Shown here: one piece after another, positions 19,321 through 29,710 of the stretch
Layout: the number at the start of each line of letters is the position of its first letter
How positions within the stretch are numbered: the stretch's first letter is position 1
Assembly (NCBI GenBank): GCA_963800865.1
Contig: CAWDCL010000004.1
Coordinates: 791,013-855,012, forward strand
DNA: 64,000 nucleotides
Reading direction: 5' to 3'
DNA from: an uncultured Acidobacteriota bacterium
GTDB lineage: Bacteria > Acidobacteriota > Polarisedimenticolia > J045
Notes under the pieces: generated by a model
Databases searched by the model: none
Told to the model about the DNA's origin: nothing
The model's input: the letters and a program-made list of their open reading frames with translations, nothing else
Translations under genes and position numbers: made by a program

Positions 19321-19557
19321 TCAGGCGCTCCGACGTTTCCGCTGGCGACGGACGATCGGGGCCAGGGCCCGGAGGGCCTCGTTTACCGACGTCCCGTCCG
19401 GAAACACGTCGAGCACGTCCGGATCGATCATCACGATGTTCGCGCCTTCGGCATAGCGGGCTGCCGTCACCCCGCGGACCGCGTTCGAGAAGTCGTATTC
19501 GGGCCGCATCGTGTCACGATCCGATACCCGGGAAGGCGTGCTAGCTTTCTTCTTCAT
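19321..19557 (-). CDS. brnA: BrnA-family antitoxin (type II TA)
   Basis: MRPEYDFSNAVRGV...IVMIDPDVLDVFPDG...NEALRALAP matches the BrnA signature. The start overlaps the brnT 3' end. Confidence 0.7.
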   Translation of the reverse strand: MKKKASTPSRVSDRDTMRPEYDFSNAVRGVTAARYAEGANIVMIDPDVLDVFPDGTSVNEALRALAPIVRRQRKRRSA

Positions 19558-19559
19558 AC

Positions 19560-19868
19560 ATGCTCCGCTCTCTGCGAGTCGCCCGCCGCGCGGAGATCAA
19601 GCGGGTCCGTGGGGGCCGTTCGGCAAATGCTACCACCAGGAGACGCGCCGAGCGGACATGCCAAGGACAAGATACCGCTGTTCGCCGACCGAGTGGAAGG
19701 ATCGGATTGAAGCATGGCGAGGGGGTCCGCGAACGCCGTCGTGGCCTCGTCGAAAGAGACGCGGTGCTTGCGCCGGTTGGCGTCTGCCTTCCGCAGGTCC
19801 CATTCGAACAGGTAGCCCATGCTCGGCCTCGGACACGATTTCGTGACTCTCCGGACGGGGTCGCGCAT
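19560..19868 (-). pseudogene. brnT: BrnT-family toxin (DUF497) split across three reading frames by two -1 frameshifts (near 19695-19705 and near 19630-19645)
   Basis: Frame a reads MGYLFEWDLRKADANRRKHRVSFDEATTAFADPLAMLQSDP. Frame b reads HSVGEQRYLVLGMSARR. Frame c reads LLVVAFAERPPRTRLISARRATRRERSMY. Concatenated, these reproduce the BrnT consensus. Confidence 0.65.
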
Positions 19869-19871
19869 CGC

Positions 19872-20324
19872 CTACTTCTTGAAGAGCGAATCGAACAGCG
19901 ACTTGTTGTTCTGCGCCGGGACTCCGGCGAGTCGCTTGCCGGTGGCGTCGAGCACCAGGCGCGGCTCGTAGAGGTCGCACGCGTTCGGCGCCCACTTGTC
20001 GCCGATCGCCGCCGGGACTGCCTTCTTGCACTGGAAGCGCGCGCCGCTGTCGAAGAAGGCGCAGTGCCGGCACGAGTGCAGCGCGGTCCCGCACTTGTCG
20101 CAGGTGGTCATCGGGCCGATGAAGGCGGCCTCGGCCGGCTGCTGGTGGCCGCACTTCTGGCAGCGGATGACTTCCGCCGCCGAGCGCTCCATGCCGCGCT
20201 TGAGCCGCTTGACCTGCTCCTCGTTGCCGAGGTCGGGCCGCTGGGGGGGCTTCTCGGGAGTGCGGCGGTCGCGCTGAGCGCCGCCACGGTCCCGTTCCCG
20301 GTCCCGGTCGCGCCAACTGTCCAC
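19872..20324 (-). CDS. Cysteine-rich double zinc-ribbon protein with an Arg/Asp-rich N-terminal tail, hypothetical
   Basis: RCQKCGH...CDKCGTALHSCRHCAFF...FQC. The start is ambiguous: either 20324, or the internal Met MERSAAE at about 20192. Confidence 0.4.
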   Translation of the reverse strand: MDSWRDRDRERDRGGAQRDRRTPEKPPQRPDLGNEEQVKRLKRGMERSAAEVIRCQKCGHQQPAEAAFIGPMTTCDKCGTALHSCRHCAFFDSGARFQCKKAVPAAIGDKWAPNACDLYEPRLVLDATGKRLAGVPAQNNKSLFDSLFKK

Positions 20325-20470
20325 GGGGGGCCTCTCGAACTTGGGGGGAAAGGACGCTCTGGGAGAGAATACGACGAATGCCGGGCGGAGGGTACGGGGA
20401 GCGGGGGAATCGTCTCCCGGCCGTTGCCCGCGCGGGATTCGTCGGGGGCGCCGAGCCCTGGAGGAAGAGG

Positions 20471-21316
20471 ATGCTCGCAGCTGTTCGTCGGACCATGAGA
20501 AGCGCCGCGGCGCCCGCGATCGCGGCCCTGGCCGCTGTCGTCGCGGCGATCTGTGTCGCCGCAGCCCTGTGCGCCGGCGCGATCGCCGCGCCCGCGTCGC
20601 CCCCCGCGCCCGCCGGGCCCCCCGCCCTCGACGAGATCCTCGCCGGCTACGTCAAGGCGCGCGGCGGCCTCGGCGCGCTCAACGGCACGCACTCGATGCG
20701 CGCCGCCGGCACGATGACGCTCGGCAGCGCCGCGCCCGTGCCGTTCACGCTCGAGGTCCGGCGCCCGGACAAGATCCGCCTCGAGTACCGCACCGGCAGC
20801 GCGACCGTCGTCCGCGCCTACGACGGCAAGCACGGCTTCTCGCTCGTCCTGCGCGAGGGGGCGCCGGTCGAGCCGAAGCCGATGTCGCCCGAGGAGGAGC
20901 GGCTCGCGGCCGAGCAGGCCGACCTGGCCGGCCCGCTCATCCTCCCCAAGACGAAGGGGAACAAGGTCGAGTGGATCGGCGAAGAAGTGCTCGACGGACG
21001 CCGGACCTTCGCGCTGAAGGTCACCCCGAAGGGACGCACGCCGCGCACGATCTGGCTCGACGCCGAGACGCTGCTCAACGTGCAGGAGGAGGGGACGCGC
21101 CGCGCCGGGTCGACGGACGTGGCCTACGTGATCCGCACCGCGGACTGGCGCAAGGTTGGCGAGGCCGGGAAGGAGGCTCGGATCGCGGTGCCGTTCCGGA
21201 TCGAGACCGGGCTGAAGGACGGCCGCGACCGGCAGGTCTTCGTCTTCGAGACGGTCGAGCTGGATGTCGGCCTGTCCAACGCGCGTTTCGCGCCACCGGT
21301 TGAATCGAAGCGTTGA
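20471..21316 (+). CDS. Exported LolA-like / outer-membrane lipoprotein-sorting-family protein (putative)
   Basis: GGAGGAAGAGG RBS. Signal peptide MLAAVRRTMRSAAAPAIAALAAVVAAICVAAALCAGAIAA. The body is predicted to be a beta-rich sandwich. The family assignment is tentative. Confidence 0.45.
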   Translation: MLAAVRRTMRSAAAPAIAALAAVVAAICVAAALCAGAIAAPASPPAPAGPPALDEILAGYVKARGGLGALNGTHSMRAAGTMTLGSAAPVPFTLEVRRPDKIRLEYRTGSATVVRAYDGKHGFSLVLREGAPVEPKPMSPEEERLAAEQADLAGPLILPKTKGNKVEWIGEEVLDGRRTFALKVTPKGRTPRTIWLDAETLLNVQEEGTRRAGSTDVAYVIRTADWRKVGEAGKEARIAVPFRIETGLKDGRDRQVFVFETVELDVGLSNARFAPPVESKR

Positions 21317-21325
21317 GCCCCCGCC

Positions 21326-21676
21326 GTGGCCGCCCGCCGCCGCTACCGCGTCTACGTGATCGAACTGCTGAACGACGACGGCTGGCAGGGCGACCCGTCG
21401 ATCCCCTGGGTCTACGTCGGCCACACCGCCAAGCGGCTGGAGGAGCGCTGGCGCGAGCACGCCGAAGGGGTTCGCGGCAAGTCGACGAAGTGGACCGACG
21501 GCCGCTGCGGCCCGCTGCTCGCGGAACTGTACGGGACGATCGAGGCCGTGGCGACGCGCGCGGAGGCGCTGGAGCTGGAGCGCGCGCTGTCGATCCGGCT
21601 GCACGAGACCGGTTACGGCGTCCACGGCGATGGGCTGCCGCGCGGGCTGCGGCGCCGGAGCGGCCGCAGCCCGTAG
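21326..21676 (+). CDS. GIY-YIG nuclease-domain protein (small, YhbQ-like)
   Basis: YRVYVIEL...VYVGHTAKRLEERWREH fits GIY-(10-11)-YIG...R...H/E. Confidence 0.6.
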   Translation: MAARRRYRVYVIELLNDDGWQGDPSIPWVYVGHTAKRLEERWREHAEGVRGKSTKWTDGRCGPLLAELYGTIEAVATRAEALELERALSIRLHETGYGVHGDGLPRGLRRRSGRSP

Positions 21677-21800
21677 GGGCCGGGCTCCGTCCCGGCCCGC
21701 ACGTCGACTCCGCGTTTCGGGCCGGCACAGAGGCCGGCCCCTACGCTGCTGCGACGGCAACCGTTGCCCGTGTCCCGACCCAGGCCACAGCGGGCGGCCC
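21677..21800. repeat. GC-rich palindromic REP-like intergenic element cluster (two inverted copies)
   Basis: GTAGGGGCCGGGCTCCGTCCCGGCCCG and, in inverse orientation, GGGCCGGCACAGAGGCCGGCCCCTAC plus GGCAACCGTTGCC. The same modules recur at 46354-46520 and 56110-56176. Confidence 0.7.
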
Positions 21801-24251
21801 CTACCGCCCGTAGTGCCCGAGCAGCCCCTCGCCCTTGACCCCGACCGCCGACACCAGCCAGCAGGTCAGCGAGCCGGGCGCCGACGCCGAGCGGTCCGTG
21901 AAGGCGGTGTCGGACGCGCTGACATCCTCGCCGGTGACGTCGACGAAGCTGCCGGAGGCTTGCGGGTCGCTGCCGCGGTACACCGTGTAGGTCAGCGCCG
22001 AGCCGACCGGCCACCAGGTCAGCGCCGTCGCACCGCCGGCCTGGCGCGACAGGTCGCGCAGCAGGACCTCCGGGAGCGGGGTCTCCCAGGGGCGCGTCTT
22101 CAGCTCCAGCCGCCAGGACTGCAGCGAGCCCACGTTGCCGGCCGCCGCGTCCTGCACCTCGAGCGTCCAGGTCCCGAGCGACGACCGGCCGCGCAGCACG
22201 TCGAGGCTGTCGACCGGCGCGGTCAGCGTGTCGTAGGTCGTGTCGATGTTGTCGGCCGAGCCGCCCTGGCGGCTGTGCAGCCGCACCCGCGTCCCGTCGG
22301 GCGCGACGAGCGTCACGCGCAGGTCGGCGATGTAGGGGTGCGTGATCTGCACCCGCACGTCGACCTCCTCCAGCTCCTCGTCGAGCGTCACGCCGATGGC
22401 CGAGGTCGTCTTCCCGGGGTTGGGGATCGCCTTCGGGGTGTCGGTGGCATCGCGCTGCGTCAGCAGCGGCGCGCCGAGCGGGACGAAGAAGGCGTCGGTC
22501 GTGCCGGAGGCGCCCTGCGCCGTCGTCCAGTCGACCGCGAAGGCCAGCTTGTGCCCGGCCGGCGCGTTCGGCGCGACGGAGAGGCCGAAGTGCGGCGCGA
22601 CCGTCTCGGCCGACGCGCCGGTCCCGAGATCGGGCCACAGGGCGCCAGTCTGCGGCTGGCCGTAAACGGTCAGCGGCCGCAGCGTCCCGGAGATCCCGGT
22701 CGCCGCGCCGCCGGCGTTGCGCACCGTCACCGCGAGCTGTCCCGCCTCGCCGGGCGCGAACCAGCCGTCCGCGTTCGTCTCCTGCGCGGCGCGGCTGGCG
22801 GTCACGGCCAGCCCGGTCGGGTTCGGCGAGAGGGTCACGTCCAGCCGCGTCGCGTCGCCGCGCGAGCTGGCCACCGTGAACGGGACGACGCGGGTCTGGT
22901 ACCCGTCGGCGCTGACCTCCAGCTGGTACGAGCCGGCCTTCAGCACGCGCTGGTAGTCGCCCACCGGCAGGTCCGTGAAGAACGGGTGCTGGCGGCCGTC
23001 GACGCGCAGCGTCGCGGCGAGCGGCGCGCCGGTCGTGACGTCGGTGACGCGCCCCCGCACGCCGGTCAGCGCGCGCTCCATAGAGGAGAGCATCGACTCG
23101 CGGTTGTCGTTCCAGTAGCCGTCGAGGGTGCTGGCGGCCGGCGTCTTGGGGCCGCTCAGCTCGACCGTCAGGTCGAGGTCGCCCTGCCAGACCATGTTCC
23201 AGTCCTGCATCCCGCCGTAGATGACGTACCAGTCCGCGCCGTTGGTGATCCCCTGCGAGAACGAGCCGCTGCCGTGCATCGGCGCGTTGTCCTCGGCGTA
23301 GTCGAGCGCGATGTCGACCAGGACGTCGTCGTCGGGGGCCACCGAGTAGTTGGGAAGCCCGTTGGTGTTGCCGTCGTAGGGGTAGTTCGTCACGACCGCC
23401 CCGCCGTGGAAGTTCCCCGACAGGCTGGTCTGGTGTGCGAACTGCCAGTTCATCATCAGCCCGGTTTCCTTCGCGCGCCCGGCGGTCGTGTTGACCGGAT
23501 CGTTCCAGATGTCCGGGAAGTCGCGGTTGAGGTCGACGCCGGCCGCGTTGTAGCGCTGGGCCAGCACGTTCCCGTCGGGGTTCATCGAGACCATGATCCA
23601 GATCTCGAGGTTGTCGACGAGCCGCTGGACGCGCGTGTCGGTCGCGTAGCGGTCGGTCAGCCAGTCGATCAGCCGCAGCAGGTTCTCCGCCCCGACCTTC
23701 TCGTCGCCGTGCATGTTGCCGACGTACTTGAAAGCGGGCTCGTCCTCTTCGACGTCGGGGTTGTCGGTGATCTTCAGCCACCACAGCTCGCGCCCCTGCA
23801 CGCTCTTGCCGGCCGAGCTGAGGCGCGTGATCGCCGGGTGATCGTTCGCGACCTGCTGCAGCTGCGTGGTCCAGGAGCTGTAGTCGTGGTAGGTGGCCTC
23901 GGGGGCCAGCGGCCCGTCCTGCTGCTGCTGCCGGGCGAGGAACTCCGCCAGGCCGGGGTCGGGGAGCTCGGTCCAGGAGAGGCCCAGTGCCTCGAGCTTC
24001 TCCATCTCCTCGGCGGTGACGTAGGCGATCACCTCGCGCTGCTCGTCACGCTCGACGTCGAAGCCGGCGTTGAGCAGCTCGGCGAACTCGACCGGGCCGG
24101 CGCCCAGGATCCGCACGATCCGGTACTCGGCGCGGCCGAGGGGGCCGATCGGGCGCGGCGCGGGGCCGGCGGCGAGGAGGACGGGGAGAGAGGCCGCCAC
24201 GAGGAGGGCGGCGAGCGGGCGGATCCGGCCGAGGCCGGGCAAACGCGGCAT
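21801..24251 (-). CDS. Secreted M14 zinc carboxypeptidase with a C-terminal proprotein-convertase P-domain
   Basis: Signal peptide. KYVGNMHGDEKVG is the M14 zinc-binding HxxE signature. PYIADLRVTLVAPDGTRVRLHS...GNVGSLQSWRLEL is a P/Homo-B domain. Confidence 0.85.
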   Translation of the reverse strand: MPRLPGLGRIRPLAALLVAASLPVLLAAGPAPRPIGPLGRAEYRIVRILGAGPVEFAELLNAGFDVERDEQREVIAYVTAEEMEKLEALGLSWTELPDPGLAEFLARQQQQDGPLAPEATYHDYSSWTTQLQQVANDHPAITRLSSAGKSVQGRELWWLKITDNPDVEEDEPAFKYVGNMHGDEKVGAENLLRLIDWLTDRYATDTRVQRLVDNLEIWIMVSMNPDGNVLAQRYNAAGVDLNRDFPDIWNDPVNTTAGRAKETGLMMNWQFAHQTSLSGNFHGGAVVTNYPYDGNTNGLPNYSVAPDDDVLVDIALDYAEDNAPMHGSGSFSQGITNGADWYVIYGGMQDWNMVWQGDLDLTVELSGPKTPAASTLDGYWNDNRESMLSSMERALTGVRGRVTDVTTGAPLAATLRVDGRQHPFFTDLPVGDYQRVLKAGSYQLEVSADGYQTRVVPFTVASSRGDATRLDVTLSPNPTGLAVTASRAAQETNADGWFAPGEAGQLAVTVRNAGGAATGISGTLRPLTVYGQPQTGALWPDLGTGASAETVAPHFGLSVAPNAPAGHKLAFAVDWTTAQGASGTTDAFFVPLGAPLLTQRDATDTPKAIPNPGKTTSAIGVTLDEELEEVDVRVQITHPYIADLRVTLVAPDGTRVRLHSRQGGSADNIDTTYDTLTAPVDSLDVLRGRSSLGTWTLEVQDAAAGNVGSLQSWRLELKTRPWETPLPEVLLRDLSRQAGGATALTWWPVGSALTYTVYRGSDPQASGSFVDVTGEDVSASDTAFTDRSASAPGSLTCWLVSAVGVKGEGLLGHYGR

Positions 24252-24327
24252 GAGCGGAGGGCTCCCGGGAAGGGTGCCTCAAATGTACCCGAGAAATGGG
24301 GCAGCGGTCGTCCGGGCCGGCGACGCG

Positions 24328-25815
24328 TTACGGCGGGGCGTCCGCAGCCGGCGCCGGCAGGCCGGCGACGAACCCTTCCAGCCGGGCCTCGACGTAAGGG
24401 AAGAACGGGTTGTGGCGGAGCCGCAGGAAGGTCCCGGGGTCGAGGACCAGGACGCCGCGCTCGCCGCGCACCTCCGGCCAGCCGAGGAAGATCCCCTCGT
24501 CGCCGGGGCGGCGCTGAGCGCCGTACACCGGGTCGTCGGGCGGGAAGGGGAGGGCCACGTGCGAGAGCGAGAAGACACCGCGCGGCCACTCGAGGCCGAT
24601 CGGCTCGCGCCGGACCTCGCCGCTTCCCGTCGGGCGGTGGAGCGCGACCAGCGCGCCGCTCTCCGGGCTTTCGTTGGTCAGGACCGTGAGGTCGAACGGC
24701 AGCGGGGGGCCCTGGAGGAGATGCTCGCGCGGCGTGCGGGCCGAAGGGAGCATCAACTCGAGGCTCGCGGCGAAGCGGTTGATGTCGAACAGGACCAGCG
24801 CATGACCCTCCGGAGCGAGCCGGCGGAAGAGCGCATCGACGACCGCGTCGGTCGAGACCGTACCGTCGGCGACCGACTGGAAGGCCAGGATCGGGGCGAC
24901 CCCGGCGACGCCCCGCGGGCCGGCCAGCGCCTCGAGTCGGGTCCTGATCGAGCGCGTGATCCTGTGCATCTGGTCCGCACCGTTGACCGCGAACGAGTTG
25001 AACTTGTACGGGTCGTACTCCGGCAGGATCGAGCTCCAGGCGGCGCCCGAGAGGCCGGGGATCCCCTCCAGCCGGCCCTGCAGGCGCGCGAACGCCGCCA
25101 CGCGCGAGATCCCGATCGCGGGGGAGACCAGGACCAGCGCGGCCGGGCGCGGCAGGTCCTCGCCCTGCACGCGGGCCAGCTCGTACTCGACGGCCAGCGC
25201 GGCCCCCATCGAGTAGCCGACGATTACCAGCGGCCGCGATGGTCCGATCGCCTCCCGGACGGCGCGGGCGCCCAGCCGCACCGCGGCCTCGAGGTCCGCC
25301 ACCTTCACGTCGCGCATCCCCGACGGTGCAGCCCCGTGGCCCGGGAGCCGCAGGCCGACCGCCAGGAAGCCGCGCGCGTGGAACCACTCCGCGATCGCCC
25401 GCGTGGAGTACGGCGAGTCGGTGAGGCCGTGGAGCAGCAGCACGCCGCCCCGCGGGTCCGGCACGTCCAGCACGAACGTGCGGTTCCAGTTCGGCCGGCG
25501 CGCAAGCGGGTTGCTCCTGCTGCCGGGAGCGAAGCGGATGAGGCTCTGCGGGCCGGTCGCCGGAACCTCGGCGCAGACCTCGCGCTCCAGCTGCTCGAAG
25601 ACGCGGTCCTCGACGCGGCGGTAGTCGTCCAGCGTCCGCACCGTCGCGGCGTCGCCGGCCTGGAACTCCGCGTCGAGGGGAACGCGGTGCCAGAGCTGCG
25701 TCTCGGGGAGGCGGCGGAGGTGGACGATGTAGACCACCACCAGGGCAAGGAGCGCGCCGAGCGCCCCGTAGAGCAGGAACAGGCCGAGCTGCCTGATCGC
25801 GCGACCGCCCCGCAC
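24328..25815 (-). CDS. Membrane-anchored alpha/beta hydrolase (esterase/lipase fold)
   Basis: N-terminal TM helix. GYSMGAALAV is the GxSxG nucleophile elbow. Confidence 0.7.
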   Translation of the reverse strand: MRGGRAIRQLGLFLLYGALGALLALVVVYIVHLRRLPETQLWHRVPLDAEFQAGDAATVRTLDDYRRVEDRVFEQLEREVCAEVPATGPQSLIRFAPGSRSNPLARRPNWNRTFVLDVPDPRGGVLLLHGLTDSPYSTRAIAEWFHARGFLAVGLRLPGHGAAPSGMRDVKVADLEAAVRLGARAVREAIGPSRPLVIVGYSMGAALAVEYELARVQGEDLPRPAALVLVSPAIGISRVAAFARLQGRLEGIPGLSGAAWSSILPEYDPYKFNSFAVNGADQMHRITRSIRTRLEALAGPRGVAGVAPILAFQSVADGTVSTDAVVDALFRRLAPEGHALVLFDINRFAASLELMLPSARTPREHLLQGPPLPFDLTVLTNESPESGALVALHRPTGSGEVRREPIGLEWPRGVFSLSHVALPFPPDDPVYGAQRRPGDEGIFLGWPEVRGERGVLVLDPGTFLRLRHNPFFPYVEARLEGFVAGLPAPAADAPP

Positions 25816-25831
25816 GCCGCGGTCCTCCCGG

Positions 25832-26416
25832 CTACTTCAGCTCGTCCGCGACCTTGCGGTGGGCGTCCTCGGCGAAGAACGCCGCCAGCCGATCGAGCGC
25901 CTCCTGCTCCTTCGCGTCGATCCGCGGGCCGAGGCCGAAGAAGGCGCCCGACGCCTCCGCGACCCGGCGCGAGAGCGCGACGATCTGCTCGCCCTTGACC
26001 ACGTCGCCCTTGAGGAAGTCGCGCAGCACGAGCCGGAGTTCGTCGTACAGCGCTCCCGAGGGCCGGGTATCCAGCAGCGACGCCATGAAGAGCCAGGGGT
26101 TGCTCTCGGCGGAGTAGCCGCGCGCCTCGACCAGCTTCATCACCTCCGCACGCTCGGAACGCGAGACCGAGCCGTCGGCCCAGGCCACCATCACCAGCGG
26201 CACCAGGTCCAGCAGCGGGGCGGTCTCGGTGGTGATCCCGAGCGCCTTGAGGCGGTCGGCCAGCGACACGTCCGAGAGCCCGGCCGCTTGCGCCAGCCGC
26301 TCCTTCTCGGCCAGTTCCGCGGCCCGGAGCTCCATCTCGGCGCGCACCCGGCGGCGGTGCGCGGCTTCCTGCTCGGCGAAGTACTTCTGCTCGTTCTCGC
26401 TGGGGTTCACGGGCAT
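25832..26416 (-). CDS. TerB-like-domain hypothetical protein
   Basis: VMVAWADGSVSRSERAEVMKLVE resembles the TerB/DjlA-N helical repeat. The assignment is weak. Confidence 0.4.
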   Translation of the reverse strand: MPVNPSENEQKYFAEQEAAHRRRVRAEMELRAAELAEKERLAQAAGLSDVSLADRLKALGITTETAPLLDLVPLVMVAWADGSVSRSERAEVMKLVEARGYSAESNPWLFMASLLDTRPSGALYDELRLVLRDFLKGDVVKGEQIVALSRRVAEASGAFFGLGPRIDAKEQEALDRLAAFFAEDAHRKVADELK

Positions 26417-26480
26417 CGGGTCACCTCCGGGGCGGCGCGCGGTCGCGCGGGGGAGAGGATACCGGGCTGGGCGGCGGATG

Positions 26481-28575
26481 CTAGCGGTCCGCGAGCAGCC
26501 CGAGCAGCTCGGCGCCGTAGCGGTCGAGCTTGGCCGGACCGACCCCCTTGATGCGGGCCAGCGATTCCAGGCTGCCCGGACGGCGGCGCGCGAGCTCCTC
26601 CAGCACGCTGTCGTGGAAGACGGTGTAGGCCGGAGTGCGGGCCGCGGCGGCGCGGCCGCGGCGCCATTCCTTCAGCCGTGCAAGCAGGGCCGGGTCGGGC
26701 GGCTCGGCGGACAGGTCGGCCAGCGCCCGCGGCGCCTCGCGCGGCGCGCCGCGTCGGCGCGCCCGGGGCGGCGGCGGTTCGGCGGGGAGGCGCGGTGCGG
26801 GGAACGGCAGCTCCGGCCGCACGTCGCCTCTCATGACGCGAGCCCCTTCCGGCGCGAGGCCCAGCACCGCGGCCCCGGCGCGGGCCCCGGCGATTGCGCG
26901 CCGCTCGACCAGCCCGGCCGAGACGAGCACGTCGAGCAGCTCGCGGATCGCCTCCAGTGGCAGCGCCGCCAGCCGGCCGTGCGTCGGCAGCGCTGTCGAG
27001 CCCGCGGTCGACGACCTTCCGGTCGCTGCTCCCGGCCAGCACCAGCGCGATGACCTCTCCGCCGAAGCGGCCGTCGAGCCGTGCGACCGCGGAGAGCGCG
27101 ATCCTCACCCGCTCGTATTCGGCGTCGCTGAGCGGCCGCACCGGCGCCGTGCGCTCGCCCGAGCAGACGTCGCAGGCGCCGCAGCGCGGCGCGACGCCGC
27201 CCCGCGCCGCGCCGGCGAAGTAGTCGTAGATGTAGCGCGTCCGGCAGGCGCGGTGGAAGGCGTAGCGCACGATCGCGTCCAGTCGTTGACGGTCGCGCCG
27301 CGCCTTCTCCGCGCGCGCATCGAGGTCCAGCGGCAGCGGTCCCTGGCCCGGCGCGACGCCACGCGCCTCGGCCGCCTGCCGCAGCAGGCGCACCGCGGTC
27401 GCGGCGGCCATCGATTCCGCCGCGGTCCGCCCGGCGCGGGTCCCGAGCGACTCGAAGTCCTCCTCGCCTTCGCAGCCGGCGAGCAGCTCCCAGGTGCGCC
27501 GCAGCGTCGCCTCGTCGGGGTTCGAGCCCTCGAGGAAGAACTCCTGCGTGCGGATGTCGGCCGGCGAAAAGAGCAGCTCGCAGCGCGCCGGCTTGCCGTC
27601 GCGCCCGGCGCGGCCCGCCTCCTGGTAGTAGGCCTCGACGCTGCCCGGGATGTCGGCGTGCACGACGAAGCGGATGTCCGGCTTGTCGATGCCCATGCCG
27701 AACGCGTTGGTGGCGGCGATCGCGTCGAGTTCGCCCGCCAGGAAGGCGTCCTGCACCCGCACCCGCTCGGCGTCGGCCACGCCGCCGTGGTAGGCCCCGG
27801 CGGTGAGGCCCAGCGCGCCCAGCGCGTGGGCCCACTCGTCGACCGCCTTGCGCGTCGCCGCGTAGACGATCCCGGGCGTCCCGGCGGCGCGCACGACGCG
27901 GGCCAGCTCGCGGTGTTTCTCCGCCCGCGTGCGCACCGGGACGACCGCCAGCGAGAGGTTGGGGCGCTCGAAGCCGGTGACCACCTCGAGCGGGTCGTCG
28001 AGCGCCAGCTGGCGCGCGATGTCGGCCCGGACGTCGGGCGTGGCGGTCGCGGTGAAGGCCCCGGCCGGCACGCCGAGCTGCGCGCGCAGCGGACCGAGCC
28101 GCAGGTAGTCGGGGCGGAAGTCGTGGCCCCAGGCGCTGATGCAGTGGGCCTCGTCGACGACCAGCCGGACCACGCGCAGCGCCGCGAGCCGCGCCAGGAA
28201 GCCCGGCGCGGCGAGGCGCTCGGGCGCGACGTAGAGCAGCCGCAGCGCGCCGTCGGCGAGCGCGCGCTCGGCCGCCGCGCGCTCCGCCGGCCCCTGGCCG
28301 GAGTGCAGCGCGGCGGCGGCGAGCCCCTTCGCGGCCAGCGCGTCGACCTGGTCCTTCATCAGCGCGATCAGCGGCGAGACGACCAGCGTCACGCCGTCGA
28401 GCAGCAGCGCCGGCAGCTGGTAGCAGAGCGACTTGCCGGCGCCGGTCGGCATGACCGCCACGACGTCGCGCCCGGCGTAGAGCGCCTCGGCGGCCTCGCG
28501 CTGGCCGGGGCGGAAGGCGCCGTGGCCGAAGGCGGCGGCGAGGGCGGCGTCGAGCGAGGTCGGGGGAGCGGCCAT
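26481..28575 (-). CDS. recQ: ATP-dependent DNA helicase RecQ, interrupted by a +1 frameshift near 26985 between the RQC/WH and HRDC domains
   Basis: FRPGQREAAEAL...PTGAGKSLCYQLPAL...DEAHCISAWGHDFRP...ATNAFGMGIDKPDIRFVVH, plus the RQC Zn Cys cluster. The HRDC domain (ARLKEWRRGRAAAARTPAYTVFHDSVLEELARRRP) is in the adjacent frame. Confidence 0.85.
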
Positions 28576-28709
28576 GGAGGAGGGAGTGTAGCGGAGGCCG
28601 CTCCAGGGGGACGGTTCCGGTCGCGCGGCCGCCTCGCCGCCACGCCGTTGGGGCCGCGAATCGCGCGATAATCGCGTGGTTCCGCCCCTCCCGCCGGAGA
28701 ACCGACGCC

Positions 28710-29710
28710 ATGAGGCGCTGCCCGCCGCCCGTCCTGGCCCTGCTCGCATTCCTGCTCCTGGTGGCGTCGTGCGGCGGGCCTCCCGCGGGCGGGAAGCCCG
28801 ACGCGCCGTCGCCCGCGCCCGCCGGCCGTCCTCGCCGTCGCCGGCGGGCCAGCCCGCCGCCGGCCCGGCCAAGGTGATCGGCGTCACGCTGCTGAACCGC
28901 GGCGCGCTCTTCTACCGCGACCTCGAGGAGGGGCTCCGCGAGGCGGCGGGGCGCCACGGCTTCGAGCTGGTCGTCACCGCGGCCGACTTCGACCTGGGCC
29001 GGCAGTCGGCGCAGATGGAGGACTTCGTCGCCCGCAAGGTCGACGCGATCGTGCTCTGCCCGGTCGACTCCAAGGGGGTCGGCCCCGCGGTGCGGCGCGC
29101 GAACGCGGCCGGGATCCCGGTCTTCACCGCCGACATCGCGGCGCAGGAGGGCGAGGTCGTCTGCCACGTCGCGTCCGACAACGTGGCCGGCGGCCGCCTG
29201 GCCGGCGAGTACCTGGCGAAGGCGCTCGGCGGGAAGGGGCGCGTGGCGATCATCAACCAGCCGGTCGTCACCTCGGTGCTCGACCGCGTGCAGGGCTTCC
29301 GCGAGGCGATCGCGCGCTTTCCCGGGATCGAGATCGTGGCCGACGTCAACGGGCAGGGGGTGCGCGACAAGGCGCTCGAGGCGACCTCCGACGTGCTGCA
29401 GGCCCACCCGGAGCTGGGCGGCATTTTCGGGATCAACGACGACTCGGTGCTGGGCGCGCTCGACGCGGTCCGTCAGTTCAAGCGCGACGGCGTCGTGCTC
29501 GTCGGCTACGACGCGACCGAGCCGGCCGTGGACGCGATCACGAAGGGGACCGCGCTCAAGGCCGACGTGATCCAGTACCCGCGCAAGATCGGCGTGACGA
29601 CGATCGACACGATCGCCGCGCACTTCTCCGGCACCGCGCTGCCGAAGACGATTCCCGTCGAGGTCGGCATCGTCGACAAGGAGTCGCTGGCGGCCCCCGC
29701 CGCGCGATGA
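28710..29710 (+). CDS. Sugar ABC transporter periplasmic substrate-binding lipoprotein (RbsB/LacI-type fold); a frame change lies in the Pro/Ala linker near 28820-28850
   Basis: MRRCPPPVLALLAFLLLVASCGG lipobox in frame 0. The mature domain KVIGVTLLNRGALFYRDLEEGLREAA...DNVAGGRLAGEYL is in frame 2. Confidence 0.7.
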
